64,000 nt of DNA from an uncultured Candidatus Rokubacteria bacterium (GCA_963826115.1 CAWGVS010000012.1:704001-768000), one strand, 5' to 3'. Numbered from the stretch's first letter, positions 48,370-58,782 are shown. The notes: generated by a model from the sequence alone, not told the origin. Program-made: numbers and translations.

Positions 48370-49820
48370 GCGTCGCGGGCGGGAGCGCGGAGCGGATCGC
48401 GCGCAACGCGGCCCTCAAGGTGCTGGTCCACGCGACGCGGCTCGGCTCGCTCGTCCTGGTCATCGTCACCGCGCGCGTGATCGGGCCCGCGGAGTTCGGC
48501 AAGTTCACGTTCGCGTACGCGCTGGCCACCATCCTCGGGGTGGCGATCGACTTCGGCATCACGGCCGTGCTCACCCGGTCGGTGGCCCGGGACCCCGGGG
48601 CGACCGCGGAGCGATGGGGCACGGCCGCGACGCTGAAGCTCGCGCTGACGGGAATCTTGGCGCCGCTCTACCTCGCGGCGCCGCTCGTCCTCCACCGGCC
48701 GTGGGACACGACCGCGGCGGTGTGGGGCCTCGGGCTGGCCATCGTGCTCCAGGGGCTCCTCGAGAACGCGGTCTCCGTCTTCACGGCCGTCCAGCGGATC
48801 GAGCACGAGCTCCGCGCGCGTCTGATCGAGAAGGTCGTGCTCGTGACGGCGGGGTTCGTCGCGCTCGGGCTGGGCGCGGGGCTCCTCGGCGTCGTGTTCG
48901 CGTTCGTCCTGGCGGCCGCGGTCTCGCTCGCGTTCGCCACGTGGCGCATCCACCGGCAGGTCGCGCCGCTCGGGCGCTGGTGGCGCCCCGCGGGCGCCCG
49001 CACGCTGGCGCGCGAGCTCGCCCCGATCGCCCAGGCGCAGTTCCTCGTCTACTGCACCGCGCGCCTGACGCCCGTGGCCGTGGCGCTCCTCGCCGGAGAC
49101 GACGCGGCCGGGCACTTCGGCGCGGCGTTCCGCGTCTACGACGTGGTCTGGGTGGTGCTCGCCAGCCTCGAGGGGGCCATCTACCCGGAGCTCGCCCGGA
49201 CACCGCCCGGGCACCCCCGCTTCCGCGCGCTCATGACGCAGGCGTGCGAGGCCCTCCTCCTCGTCGTGCTGCCGATCGCCCTCGGGCTTGCCGCGGGCGC
49301 GTGGTGGCTGACGCCGCGGATTTACGGGCCGGGGTGGGGGCCGACGGCGCCCGTGCTGGCGGTGCTGGGCACGGCGGTCGGCGCCGCGATGCTGACGCAT
49401 CTCCTCGGGCTCGTGCTCCTGGCGCTCGACCGGCCGCGCCGGCTGCGCGGGATCGCCGCGCTCACGTTCGTCACGGGCCTGGCGGTGATCCCCACGGGCG
49501 TCCTGATGGGCGGCGCGCTCGGCGGGGCCGTGGCGGTGCTCGTCGTGGAGGGCGTGAGCCTCGTGGCGAGCCTGGTGAGCGTCCGGCAGGTGGCCGGCGC
49601 GCCGCTCGGCCGGGGCGCCGTCAAGGGGCTCGCGGCCGCCGCGGCCGCCGCCGGCGTGGCGACGCTCCTGCCCGCGGGGGTGGGCCGACTCGTGGGCGCG
49701 CTCCTCGCGTACGCGGTGGCCCTCGTCGTGCTCCGGCCGGTGCCGGGCGCCGTCTGTCTCCGCCTCGTGCGCGGGGCGCTCGGCCGCGCGGGCCCGCCCG
49801 CGGCGACCGGGGCGGGCTGA
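48366..49820 (+). CDS. Wzx-type oligosaccharide flippase
   Basis: IARNA...ARVIGPAEFGKF...DFG; many TM segments. Confidence 0.88.
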   Translation: MSVAGGSAERIARNAALKVLVHATRLGSLVLVIVTARVIGPAEFGKFTFAYALATILGVAIDFGITAVLTRSVARDPGATAERWGTAATLKLALTGILAPLYLAAPLVLHRPWDTTAAVWGLGLAIVLQGLLENAVSVFTAVQRIEHELRARLIEKVVLVTAGFVALGLGAGLLGVVFAFVLAAAVSLAFATWRIHRQVAPLGRWWRPAGARTLARELAPIAQAQFLVYCTARLTPVAVALLAGDDAAGHFGAAFRVYDVVWVVLASLEGAIYPELARTPPGHPRFRALMTQACEALLLVVLPIALGLAAGAWWLTPRIYGPGWGPTAPVLAVLGTAVGAAMLTHLLGLVLLALDRPRRLRGIAALTFVTGLAVIPTGVLMGGALGGAVAVLVVEGVSLVASLVSVRQVAGAPLGRGAVKGLAAAAAAAGVATLLPAGVGRLVGALLAYAVALVVLRPVPGAVCLRLVRGALGRAGPPAATGAG

Positions 49821-50971
49821 TGCACGTCGTCCTGGACGCCCGCTACATCGCGCGGCGCCAGTCGGGCGTCGGGTCGTACGCCCAGCGGCTCATCACCGGG
49901 CTCGCCACGATCGACCACGAGAACCGGTACACGTGCCTCGTGGCGGCCGACGGGCCGGGGCTGCCGGTCCGGCAGGCGAACGTCGCGGCGTCGCCGACGC
50001 GCGTGTCGTTCGAGGACCACCTCCGGGGCGACCTCTGGCTCCTCGGGTACCTCCCGTTCCGGCTGCGGGCCCTCGGGACCGACGTCTACCACGGCCCCGC
50101 GGTGTTCCTCCCGCACGTGAAGCTCGGCTTCCGCACCGTCGTGACCATCCACGACCTCGTGTCCTTCCTGTTCCCCGAGACCGTTCCACGCAAGTACAGC
50201 CTCTACATGCGTCTGATGACCCGCCTGGCCGCGCGGTCGGCGGACCGGATCATCGCGGTGTCCCAGGCGACGAAGGCCGATCTCGTCCAGACCCTCCGGG
50301 TGCCGCCGGCGAAGATCGTGGTCATCCACGAGGCGGTCGGCCCCGAGTTCGCGCGGGCCCAGACGCCCGAGGCCATCGAGGCGGTCGTCCGCCGCTACGG
50401 GCTCCGCCATCCGTACTGCCTGTTCGTCGGGAACCTCGAGCCGCGCAAGAACCTGCCGGGGCTGATCGAGGCGTTCGCCACGGTGCGGCGGCGGCTCAGC
50501 GCGACGGGGCCGGAGCCGCAGCTGGTCCTGGTCGGCACGCGGGCCTGGCTCCACGGCGGCATCTTCCGCGCCGTCGAGACGCACGGCCTCGCCGCCGCCG
50601 TCGCGTTCACCGACTACGTGCCGCTCGCCGACCTGCCGGCGCTCTACGCGGGCGCGACGTGTTTCGTCTTCCCGTCCCTCTACGAGGGCTTCGGGCTGCC
50701 GGTGCTCGAGGCGATGGCGGCGGGCGCCCCCGTGGTCGCGGCGCGCGCGGGATCGATCCCCGAGGTCGCGGGGGACGCGGCCCTCCTCGTCGACGCGCGC
50801 GCCCCCGGCGAGCTCGCGGGCGCGATCGAGGCGGTGCTCACCGACCCGGCGCTCCGGGACCGGCTGGTCGCGCGCGGGCGCGCGCGGGCGGCCACGTTCG
50901 AGTGGAACACGGTGGCCCGCCAGACGCTCGCCGTCTACGACGCCGTGTACGCGCGGGAGGGCGCGCGATGA
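49820..50971 (+). CDS. GT4 glycosyltransferase
   Basis: TIHDL, EPRKN, YEGFGLPVLEAM. Confidence 0.93.
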   Translation: MHVVLDARYIARRQSGVGSYAQRLITGLATIDHENRYTCLVAADGPGLPVRQANVAASPTRVSFEDHLRGDLWLLGYLPFRLRALGTDVYHGPAVFLPHVKLGFRTVVTIHDLVSFLFPETVPRKYSLYMRLMTRLAARSADRIIAVSQATKADLVQTLRVPPAKIVVIHEAVGPEFARAQTPEAIEAVVRRYGLRHPYCLFVGNLEPRKNLPGLIEAFATVRRRLSATGPEPQLVLVGTRAWLHGGIFRAVETHGLAAAVAFTDYVPLADLPALYAGATCFVFPSLYEGFGLPVLEAMAAGAPVVAARAGSIPEVAGDAALLVDARAPGELAGAIEAVLTDPALRDRLVARGRARAATFEWNTVARQTLAVYDAVYAREGAR

Positions 50972-52086
50972 AGGTCGCGCTCGACGCTCGGAAGATCGAC
51001 GATTTCGGCATCGGGACGTACATCCAGGGGCTGCTCGACGCGCTGCCGGCGGTCGGCCAGCCCGAGGCCCTCGTCGCGTACCTCCCGCCGGACCGCCCGC
51101 CGCCGCCCGCGGCCCGGGCCGGCTGGGGGGCGCGGGCCGCGTGGCAGCCAGTGGGCGCCCGCGCGTACTCCGTCCGCGAGCTCTGGCAGCTCGCGCTCGC
51201 CGCGCGCCGGGACCGCGTCGACCTCTACCACGCGCCGCACTACGTCTGCCCCCCGTGGCTTCCGTGCCCGGCGGTCGTGACGGTGCACGACCTGATCCAC
51301 CTGCGCTTCCCGGTGCGCCACCGGCATCCGCTCGCCCCCCTCTACGCGCGCGTGATGCTGCGGCTGACGGTCCGCCGCGCGCGCCGGCTCGTCACCGTCT
51401 CGGAGTCGACGCGCCGGGACCTCGTCGAGCGGCTCGGCGCGCGGCCCGAGCGGATCCGCGTGATCCCGAACGGCGTCGGCGCGCCCTTCGGGCCGGCGCC
51501 GGCCGACGGCGCCGCGACGGGGGCGCCGACGCTCGGCGAGCTCGGGGTGACGCGCCCCTACTTCCTCTTCGCGGGCAATCCCCTGCCCCACAAGAACCTG
51601 CCCCGGCTGCTCGAGGCGTTCGCGGGGCTCCCGCCGATGCTGGGGGGGCTCGTCCTCGTCGGGATCCCGCCCGCCGCGCGCGCCCACGTCGAGCGTCTCT
51701 GCGCGGCCCCCGGCCTCGGCGGCCGGGTGCGGATCCTGGCGCCCGTGCCGGCGCCCGCCCTGGCGCGCCTCTACCAGAGCGCCACCGTCGTGGTGGTCCC
51801 GTCGCTCTGGGAAGGGTTCGGCTTGGCCGCTCTCGAGGCGATGGCCTGCGGCGCGCCCGTGATCGCGGGGAACCGCGGCGGGCTGCCCGAAGTCGTGGGG
51901 GACGCGGGCTGTTTGGTCGACCCCACCGACGTTGACGCGCTGCGTGAGGCTATGTATACTCTGGCCGGCCGAGAACCTCTCCGCGCCGCGCTCCGAGCTC
52001 GTGGACTGGCCCGCGCGCGCGCATTCTCGTGGCGGCATGTCGCCGAGGCCACGGTCGCCGTCTACCGCGAGGCGCTGGAGGCCTGA
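50968..52086 (+). CDS. GT4 glycosyltransferase
   Basis: TVHDL, PHKN, EGFGLAALEAM. Confidence 0.93.
   Translation: MKVALDARKIDDFGIGTYIQGLLDALPAVGQPEALVAYLPPDRPPPPAARAGWGARAAWQPVGARAYSVRELWQLALAARRDRVDLYHAPHYVCPPWLPCPAVVTVHDLIHLRFPVRHRHPLAPLYARVMLRLTVRRARRLVTVSESTRRDLVERLGARPERIRVIPNGVGAPFGPAPADGAATGAPTLGELGVTRPYFLFAGNPLPHKNLPRLLEAFAGLPPMLGGLVLVGIPPAARAHVERLCAAPGLGGRVRILAPVPAPALARLYQSATVVVVPSLWEGFGLAALEAMACGAPVIAGNRGGLPEVVGDAGCLVDPTDVDALREAMYTLAGREPLRAALRARGLARARAFSWRHVAEATVAVYREALEA
51932..51960 (+). promoter_or_regulatory. internal sigma70 promoter
   Basis: TTGACG, 17 nt, TATACT inside the 3' end of the GT gene. Confidence 0.65.
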
Positions 52087-52102
52087 GGAACGTGGGTGAC
52101 TG

Positions 52103-53215
52103 ATGCGGGTCGCGCTGGTCCATGACTGGCTGACCGGCATGCGGGGGGGCGAGCGAGTTCTGGAGCGCCTCCTCGACCTCTTCCCCGCGGCAGACATCTT
52201 CACGCTCGTCCACGTGCGCGGGAGCGTCACGCCCGCCATCGAGGCGCGCCCCATCCGAACGTCCTTCGTTCAGCGCCTGCCCGGGGCACCCTGGCGGTTT
52301 CGCCAGTACCTGCCCCTGTTTCCGCTCGCCGTCCGGCGGTTCGACCTCCGCGGCTACGACCTCGTGCTGGCGACCAGCCACTGCGTCGCGGTCGGCGCGC
52401 GGCCGCCGGCCGGCGCGGCGCACGTGGTCTACTGCTTCACGCCAATGCGCTACGCGTGGACGTTCGAGGGCGCCTACGTCGGCCGCGTGCCGCCGCTCGC
52501 GCGGGGCGCGCTCCGCGCCGCGCTCGCGGGGCTCCGGCGGTGGGACCGCGCGGCGGGCCAGCGGGCCGGGCACATCGGGTGCATCTCCCGCCACGTGGCC
52601 GCGCGCATCCGGCGGGTGTGGGGCCGCGAGGCGCGGGTCGTCTACCCGCCGGTGCGGACCGACTTCTTCCGGCCGCTCGACGCCGGCCCGCCCGGCGACG
52701 CATATCTCTGCGTCTCCGCGCTCACGCCCTACAAGCGGATCGACGTGGCGGTCGACGCGTGCACGCGGCTCGGCCGGCGGCTCGACGTCATCGGCACGGG
52801 CCCGGAGCTCCCGCGGCTCCGCCGGCGCGCGGGGCCGACGGTGCGCTTCCTCGGCTGGCAGCCCGACGCGGCCGTGCGGGAGGCGGTCGCCCGCTGCCGC
52901 GCGTTCCTGTTCCCCGGCGAGGAGGAGTTCGGGATCGCGCCGCTCGAGGCGACGGCCGCCGGCCGGCCCGTCATTGCCTACGCGCGGGGCGCCTTGACCG
53001 AGACGGTCGTCGACGGCGTGACCGGGCTCTTCTTCCGCGAGCAGACCGCGGGCGCGCTGGAGGACGTCATCGAGCGCGCCGAGGTCACGGGCTGGAGCTC
53101 CGAGAAGATCCGGGCGCACGCGCTCCGCTTCGGCGAGGACGCCTTCCGGGCCGAGATGACCGCGTTCGTGGACGCGGCCCTCGGGGCGGGCCGGGAGGCG
53201 CGCGCCGCGTGCTGA
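52103..53215 (+). CDS. GT4 glycosyltransferase (WbaZ-like)
   Basis: HDWLTGMRGGERV, TPMRY, PYKRID, EEFGIAPLEA. Confidence 0.92.
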   Translation: MRVALVHDWLTGMRGGERVLERLLDLFPAADIFTLVHVRGSVTPAIEARPIRTSFVQRLPGAPWRFRQYLPLFPLAVRRFDLRGYDLVLATSHCVAVGARPPAGAAHVVYCFTPMRYAWTFEGAYVGRVPPLARGALRAALAGLRRWDRAAGQRAGHIGCISRHVAARIRRVWGREARVVYPPVRTDFFRPLDAGPPGDAYLCVSALTPYKRIDVAVDACTRLGRRLDVIGTGPELPRLRRRAGPTVRFLGWQPDAAVREAVARCRAFLFPGEEEFGIAPLEATAAGRPVIAYARGALTETVVDGVTGLFFREQTAGALEDVIERAEVTGWSSEKIRAHALRFGEDAFRAEMTAFVDAALGAGREARAAC

Positions 53216-54609
53216 AGGAGCGGCGCCTCTGGCTGGTCATGGCCCTCGCCGCCGGCGACGCGCTCGCCGGCGCCGTCGCGCTGATCGCGGCCTACTTCGT
53301 CCGCTTCCGGGCCGACATGATCCCGGCGCCCCTCGGCATCCCGCCGATGGAGCCCTACGTCGCGCTCCTCACGCTTCTGCTCCCGCTCCACGCGCTCTCG
53401 CTCCGCGTGGTGGGCCTCTACGAGTACCGGCACGAGCGCACCAAGGCCGACGAGGCCTTCGTCGTGCTCCAGGGCGTCACGCTCGCGACGCTCCTCCTCG
53501 TGGCGGGGACGTTCTTCTTCCGGAACTTTTCCTACTCGCGCGGGTTCATCGTGGTGTTCTGGGCGTTCGACGTCGTCGCGGTCTTCGGCGCCCGCCTCGC
53601 CATCCGCGACGTGGTGCGGGCCATGCGGCGCCACGGGCGGTTCGTCCGCCGCGCCCTCGTGGTCGGCGCCGGGGACCTCGGCCAGGAGGTCGTGCGCCGG
53701 CTCCGCGGGCACCCGGAGTTCGGCGTGCGCGTGGTCGGCTACCTGGACGACCGAATCCCGGTGGGCGAGCGCATCGAGGGCAAGGAGGTCCTCGGCGGCT
53801 GCGAGGCGGTCACGCGCGTCCTCGCCGACTACCGCGTGGACCAGCTCTTCCTGGCGCTCCCGCTGGAGGCGCACCACGAGGTGCTGAAGGTCCTGAACGC
53901 GATCGAGGGCGAGCTGGTCGACGTCAAGATGGTGCCCGACGTCCTCCAGTTCGTGACGCTCCGCGCGGCGGTGGAGGAGCTCGAGGGCCTGCCGGTGATC
54001 AGCCTCGCGCAGTCCCCCATCACCGGCTGGGCGCGGGTCCTGAAGCGGGTCACCGACCTCGCGCTCGCGACTGTGGGCCTGATCGTGCTCGCCCCCGTGC
54101 TCGGGCTGATCGCGCTCCTGATCCGGCTCGGCTCACCGGGCGCCGTGCTCTACAAGCAGGAGCGCACGGGACTCGACGGGCGCTCGTTCGACATCCTGAA
54201 GTTCCGCACGATGCCCGAGGGCACCGAGGAGGACACCGGCCCGGTGTGGGCGCGCCGCGGCGACCGCCGGCCGACCCGCCTCGGCCGGACGCTCCGGCGC
54301 TTCTCGCTGGACGAGCTGCCCCAGCTCTGGAACGTGCTCACCGGCGACATGAGCCTCGTCGGCCCCCGGCCGGAGCGCCCGTTCTTCGTCCACCAGTTCA
54401 AGACGCGGATCCCGCAGTACATGCTGCGGCACAAGGTCAAGGCCGGGCTCACCGGCTGGGCGCAGGTGAACGGGCTCCGGGGGGACACCTCGCTCGAGAA
54501 GCGCATCGAGTACGACCTCTACTACATCCAGAACTGGTCCCTGGCGCTCGACGTCAAGATCATGATCCTGACGTTCTACCGGGCGTGGCAGCACCGCCAC
54601 CTCGGATAG
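53209..54609 (+). CDS. undecaprenyl-phosphate sugar phosphotransferase (WcaJ-like)
   Basis: KFRTM, DELPQLWNVL, MSLVGPRPERP, GLTGWAQVNG. Confidence 0.95.
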   Translation: MLKERRLWLVMALAAGDALAGAVALIAAYFVRFRADMIPAPLGIPPMEPYVALLTLLLPLHALSLRVVGLYEYRHERTKADEAFVVLQGVTLATLLLVAGTFFFRNFSYSRGFIVVFWAFDVVAVFGARLAIRDVVRAMRRHGRFVRRALVVGAGDLGQEVVRRLRGHPEFGVRVVGYLDDRIPVGERIEGKEVLGGCEAVTRVLADYRVDQLFLALPLEAHHEVLKVLNAIEGELVDVKMVPDVLQFVTLRAAVEELEGLPVISLAQSPITGWARVLKRVTDLALATVGLIVLAPVLGLIALLIRLGSPGAVLYKQERTGLDGRSFDILKFRTMPEGTEEDTGPVWARRGDRRPTRLGRTLRRFSLDELPQLWNVLTGDMSLVGPRPERPFFVHQFKTRIPQYMLRHKVKAGLTGWAQVNGLRGDTSLEKRIEYDLYYIQNWSLALDVKIMILTFYRAWQHRHLG

Positions 54610-54626
54610 GCGCGAGGCGAACCAGG

Positions 54627-55688
54627 ATGCGCGGGCTGATCCTTTCGGGCGGGCGCGGGACGCGGCTCCGGCCGATCACCTATACGTCGGCCAAGCAGCT
54701 GGTGCCGGTCGCGAACAAGCCCATCCTGTTCTTCGGGCTCGAGGCGCTCGCCGCGTCCGGTCTCACCGAGATCGGGATCGTCGTGGGCGACACCCACCAG
54801 GAGATCCGCGACGCCGTCGGCGACGGGAGCCGGTGGGGCGTGCGGGTGACCTACATCCCCCAGACCGCCCCGCTCGGGCTGGCCCACGCGGTCCTGACCG
54901 CCGAGCCCTTCCTGCGGGGCCAGCCCTTCGTGATGTACCTCGGCGACAACCTGATCCGCGAGCCGCTCGCGCCGCTCGTCGCGCGCTTCCGGGCCGAGCG
55001 GCCCGCCGCCCAGATCCTGCTCGCCAAGGTGCCGAACCCCCAGGACTTCGGCGTCGCGGTCCTCGAGGCCGGCCGGGTCGTCCGCCTCGTCGAGAAGCCG
55101 CCCACGCCCCCGTCGGACCTCGCCCTCGTCGGCGTCTACATGTTCGACGACCACGTCTTCGACGCGGCCCGGGCGATCCGGCCGTCGGCGCGTGGCGAGC
55201 TCGAGATCACCGACGCCATCCAGTACCTCATCGACAGCGGCCGCGCGGTGCACCCGCACGTCATCGAAGGCTGGTGGAAGGACACCGGGAAGCTCGAGGA
55301 CCTCCTCGAGGCGAACCGCATCGTGCTCGACGCGCTCGACCCGCGCGTCGACGGCACCGTGGAGGCGTCGGAGGTCAGCGGGCGGGTGGTGGTCGAGGCG
55401 GGGGCCCGCATCGTGCGGAGCGTGGTGCGCGGCCCCGCGATCATCGGCCGGGGCGCGGTGATCGAGGACGCCTACGTGGGGCCCTTCACGGCGGTGGGCG
55501 ACGGCGTGACCATCCGCGGCAGCGAGGTCGAGCACTCGATCATCCTCGAGGGCTCCTCGATCACGGACGTGGGGGCGCGCGTCGAGTCGAGCCTGCTCGG
55601 CCGGGGCGTCCGTGTGTATCGCGGGGACACGAAGCCCCGCGCCTACAACCTGATGCTCGGAGACCGGAGCCAGGTCGGGCTCGTGTAG
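54627..55688 (+). CDS. glucose-1-phosphate thymidylyltransferase, long form
   Basis: GGRGTRLRP, KQLVPVANKP, RGELEITD, WKDTG, C-terminal beta-helix. Confidence 0.92.
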   Translation: MRGLILSGGRGTRLRPITYTSAKQLVPVANKPILFFGLEALAASGLTEIGIVVGDTHQEIRDAVGDGSRWGVRVTYIPQTAPLGLAHAVLTAEPFLRGQPFVMYLGDNLIREPLAPLVARFRAERPAAQILLAKVPNPQDFGVAVLEAGRVVRLVEKPPTPPSDLALVGVYMFDDHVFDAARAIRPSARGELEITDAIQYLIDSGRAVHPHVIEGWWKDTGKLEDLLEANRIVLDALDPRVDGTVEASEVSGRVVVEAGARIVRSVVRGPAIIGRGAVIEDAYVGPFTAVGDGVTIRGSEVEHSIILEGSSITDVGARVESSLLGRGVRVYRGDTKPRAYNLMLGDRSQVGLV

Positions 55689-55693
55689 GGCAC

Positions 55694-57073
55694 ATGACGG
55701 GCGCCGAGACGTACCGCGGCAAGGGCCTCCTCGTCGATCCGATCCACGGGTATCTCCTCTACACCCGGGCCGACGGGCTCGTCGCCGGCGAGGCCACCGA
55801 GCAGGACCTGATCGACGCGCCCTGGGTGCAGCGCCTCCGGCGGATCCCGCAGCTCCAGTCGGCGCGCTGGGTGTTCCCGACGGCCGAGCACAGCCGCTTC
55901 CCCCACGCGCTCGGCGCGATGCACGTCGCCGGGCGGTTCGCGCAGCAGCTCTGGCCGTCCCTCCGGGCCGTGTTCCCCGACGCCCCGTCGGCGCCGCTCG
56001 TGGAGGAGCTCCTCCGCGTGGCCGGGCTGCTCCACGACGTGGGCCACGGCCCGTTCGGGCACTTCTTCGACGACAACTTCCTGGCCGACATCGACCTCAC
56101 CCATGAGCTCGTCGGCCAGCGGATCATCCGGGAGGAGCTCGGGGACACGATCCGCGGGCTCCGGCGCAGCCCTCACGGCGTCTTCGCCGAGGGCGAGTCG
56201 ATCGAGCCGGAGTGGATCTGCTATCTCATGGGGAAGGGCTACACCCAGCCGGCTCCGGGGGACCCGCGGTGGCTCGCGTTCCTGAAGCCGATCCTGTCCG
56301 GCATCTACACGGCGGACAACCTCGACTACGTCCTCCGGGACGCCCACATGTGCGGCGTCGCGGTGGGGGCGGACCTCGACCGCATCATCTACTACAGCTT
56401 CTTCACGCCCGAGGGCCTGACGCTCGACCGGAGCGGGACCCAGGCCCTCATCATGTTCCTGACCGCCCGCTTCTACATGTACACGAACGTGTACTACCAC
56501 CGGACGACGCGCGCGATCGACCTCCACCTGAAGGAGATCTTCCGACCCACGATGCGGATCGTCTTCCCGTGGGACCTCCGGAAGGACCTCCAGCCCTACC
56601 TCCACCTCACGGAGTGGACGCTCCTCGAGGACGTGGGCCGCTGGCACGAGTCGGACGACGCGGAGCGCCGGGCCCTCGGCCGCGAGTGGCGACACGTCCT
56701 CGACCGGCGGATCCGGTGGCGCATGGTGCACGAGGAAGTCCTCGACGACGCCGAGATCCCGAGCTGGGCGGGCATGCGGCCGGAGTCCGTCGCCAGAGAG
56801 GTGCGGGCCGAGCTCCCGGCCGAGCTCCGGGACCTCGAGTTCCAGGTGGATCTCGCCTTCCAGGACCCGCGCCCGGAGAATCCGCTGGCGATGGGCGACC
56901 GGCAGATCTACGTCTACGACGGGGTCACGGGCCGCGTGTCGGCCGAGGCGCTCCAGGCCCTCTTCAAGTACCTCCCCGGCAAGGTCGCGCAGTGCCGGAT
57001 CTTCGCGCGGGACCACCGCCACGACGTCGCGCTCACCGAGGCGTTCCGGCGAGTGCTCCACCAGGGAGGCTGA
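55694..57073 (+). CDS. HD-domain phosphohydrolase, SAMHD1/dNTP triphosphohydrolase-like
   Basis: DPIHG, QRLRRIPQL, HSRFPHALG, LLHDVGHGPFGH, DNLDYVLRD, VYYH. Confidence 0.9.
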   Translation: MTGAETYRGKGLLVDPIHGYLLYTRADGLVAGEATEQDLIDAPWVQRLRRIPQLQSARWVFPTAEHSRFPHALGAMHVAGRFAQQLWPSLRAVFPDAPSAPLVEELLRVAGLLHDVGHGPFGHFFDDNFLADIDLTHELVGQRIIREELGDTIRGLRRSPHGVFAEGESIEPEWICYLMGKGYTQPAPGDPRWLAFLKPILSGIYTADNLDYVLRDAHMCGVAVGADLDRIIYYSFFTPEGLTLDRSGTQALIMFLTARFYMYTNVYYHRTTRAIDLHLKEIFRPTMRIVFPWDLRKDLQPYLHLTEWTLLEDVGRWHESDDAERRALGREWRHVLDRRIRWRMVHEEVLDDAEIPSWAGMRPESVAREVRAELPAELRDLEFQVDLAFQDPRPENPLAMGDRQIYVYDGVTGRVSAEALQALFKYLPGKVAQCRIFARDHRHDVALTEAFRRVLHQGG

Positions 57074-57077
57074 TCCA

Positions 57078-57572
57078 GTGGACCTCCTCGAGATCAAGGG
57101 GCGGATCGCGGTGGCCCTGGTGGAGTCGATCTTCCGCCGGGCGGGGTTCACCCTCGCCCCGCCGGTGGCCGTCGAGACGTCGCCGCGCCTCGGGCGCGAG
57201 GACCTCATCCCCGACTTCCAGGCGACGCCGCCGGCCGGCGAGGACGGCGCCACGGCGGGCCCGTGCGTCGTCGAGGTGCGCTACCGGCCCCAGGTGGGCC
57301 AGTACATCCTGATCGAGGGCCAGCGTGGCCCGCACTCCCTGTTCGCGGTCGCCAAGCGGCACTGGCCGAGCCTCGTGTTCGTCTTCGTGACCGATCACCC
57401 CGAGGCGGGGCGCTCGTGCTTCCAGGTCGTCGACATCGCGCCGTGGGCGATGGGCGCCGCGGTCTCGGCGCAGGACCTCCATGCCCACGGCGAGCTCCGG
57501 ATCTTCCGGCAGAACGTCGAGGAGCACGAGGCCCTGCTGCGACGGATGTTCGCCCTGCTGACCGGCGGCTGA
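57078..57572 (+). CDS. hypothetical protein, possible PD-(D/E)XK nuclease fold
   Basis: GRIA...E helix, PDF...VVEVRYR pattern. Confidence 0.55.
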   Translation: MDLLEIKGRIAVALVESIFRRAGFTLAPPVAVETSPRLGREDLIPDFQATPPAGEDGATAGPCVVEVRYRPQVGQYILIEGQRGPHSLFAVAKRHWPSLVFVFVTDHPEAGRSCFQVVDIAPWAMGAAVSAQDLHAHGELRIFRQNVEEHEALLRRMFALLTGG

Positions 57573-57604
57573 GCCGGCGCCCGCCCGACCGGAGGAGAGA
57601 ACGG

Positions 57605-58774
57605 ATGGAGAAGTTCCGCGGCGTGGACTACTACGGCGTCGACGCCCTGCTCTCGGACGAGGAGCGGATGGTGCGCGACGCGGTTCGGGACTGGGTCGAG
57701 GCGGAGTTCCTGCCGCTCGTGACCGAGCACCACCGGGCCGGCACCTTCCCGATGGCGGTCGTCCCCCAGCTGGGCGAGCTCGGCATCTTCGGCGCGAGCC
57801 TCAAGGGGTACGGCTGCGCGGGCCTGTCGAACGTGGCCTACGGGCTCATCATGCAGGAGCTCGAGCGCGGCGACTCGGGCCTCCGGTCCTTCGCCTCGGT
57901 GCAGAGCGGGCTCGTCATGTATCCGATCCACCGCTTCGGCTCCGACGCGCAGAAGGACCGGTGGCTGCCGGCGCTCCAGCGCGGCGCCGCGATCGGGTGC
58001 TTCGGGCTCACCGAGCCCGACCACGGGTCCGACCCGGGCGGGATGAGCACCCGGGCCGTCCGGCAGGGCGACCACTACGTGCTGAACGGCACCAAGCTCT
58101 GGATCACGAACGGCTCGGTGGCCGACGTCGCGGTGGTGTGGGCCAAGGACGAGGCCGGCGAGATCGGCGGCTACCTGGTCGAGCGGGGGACGCCGGGCTT
58201 CGGGGCCCTCGACATCCACGGCAAGTTCTCGATGCGGGCCTCGATCACCTCGGAGCTCGCCTTCCAGGACTGCCGCATCCCGCTGGCGAACCGCCTGCCG
58301 GGCGCCAAGGGGCTGAAGGGCCCGCTGGCGTGCCTCTCCCAGGCCCGCTACGGGATCGCCTGGGGCGCCGTCGGGGCGGCCCAGGCCTGCTACGACTGGG
58401 CCCTCCAGTACGCGCAGACGCGCGTCCAGTTCGGGAAGCCCATCGCGGGCTTCCAGCTCGTCCAGCGGAAGCTCGTGTGGATGATCACGGAGATCACGAA
58501 GGCCCAGCTCCTGTGCCTCCAGCTCGGGCGCCTCAAGGACGGCCCGGGCGTCCGCCCCCAGCAGATCTCGATGGCCAAGATGAACAACGTGGCCATGGCC
58601 CTCGAGACGGCGCGGATGGCGCGCGACATCCTCGGCGCCGCCGGGATCGTCGACGAGCACCCGATCATCCGGCACCTCCTGAACCTCGAGACCGTGATCA
58701 CCTACGAGGGGACGAACGACATCCACACCCTGATCATCGGGCGCGACATCACCGGGCTGGACGCCTTCGCCTGA
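57605..58774 (+). CDS. gcdH: glutaryl-CoA dehydrogenase-like acyl-CoA dehydrogenase
   Basis: ELERGDSGLRS, FGLTEPDHGSDP, TYEGTNDIHTLI. Confidence 0.85.
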   Translation: MEKFRGVDYYGVDALLSDEERMVRDAVRDWVEAEFLPLVTEHHRAGTFPMAVVPQLGELGIFGASLKGYGCAGLSNVAYGLIMQELERGDSGLRSFASVQSGLVMYPIHRFGSDAQKDRWLPALQRGAAIGCFGLTEPDHGSDPGGMSTRAVRQGDHYVLNGTKLWITNGSVADVAVVWAKDEAGEIGGYLVERGTPGFGALDIHGKFSMRASITSELAFQDCRIPLANRLPGAKGLKGPLACLSQARYGIAWGAVGAAQACYDWALQYAQTRVQFGKPIAGFQLVQRKLVWMITEITKAQLLCLQLGRLKDGPGVRPQQISMAKMNNVAMALETARMARDILGAAGIVDEHPIIRHLLNLETVITYEGTNDIHTLIIGRDITGLDAFA

Positions 58775-58782
58775 CGGCGGGC

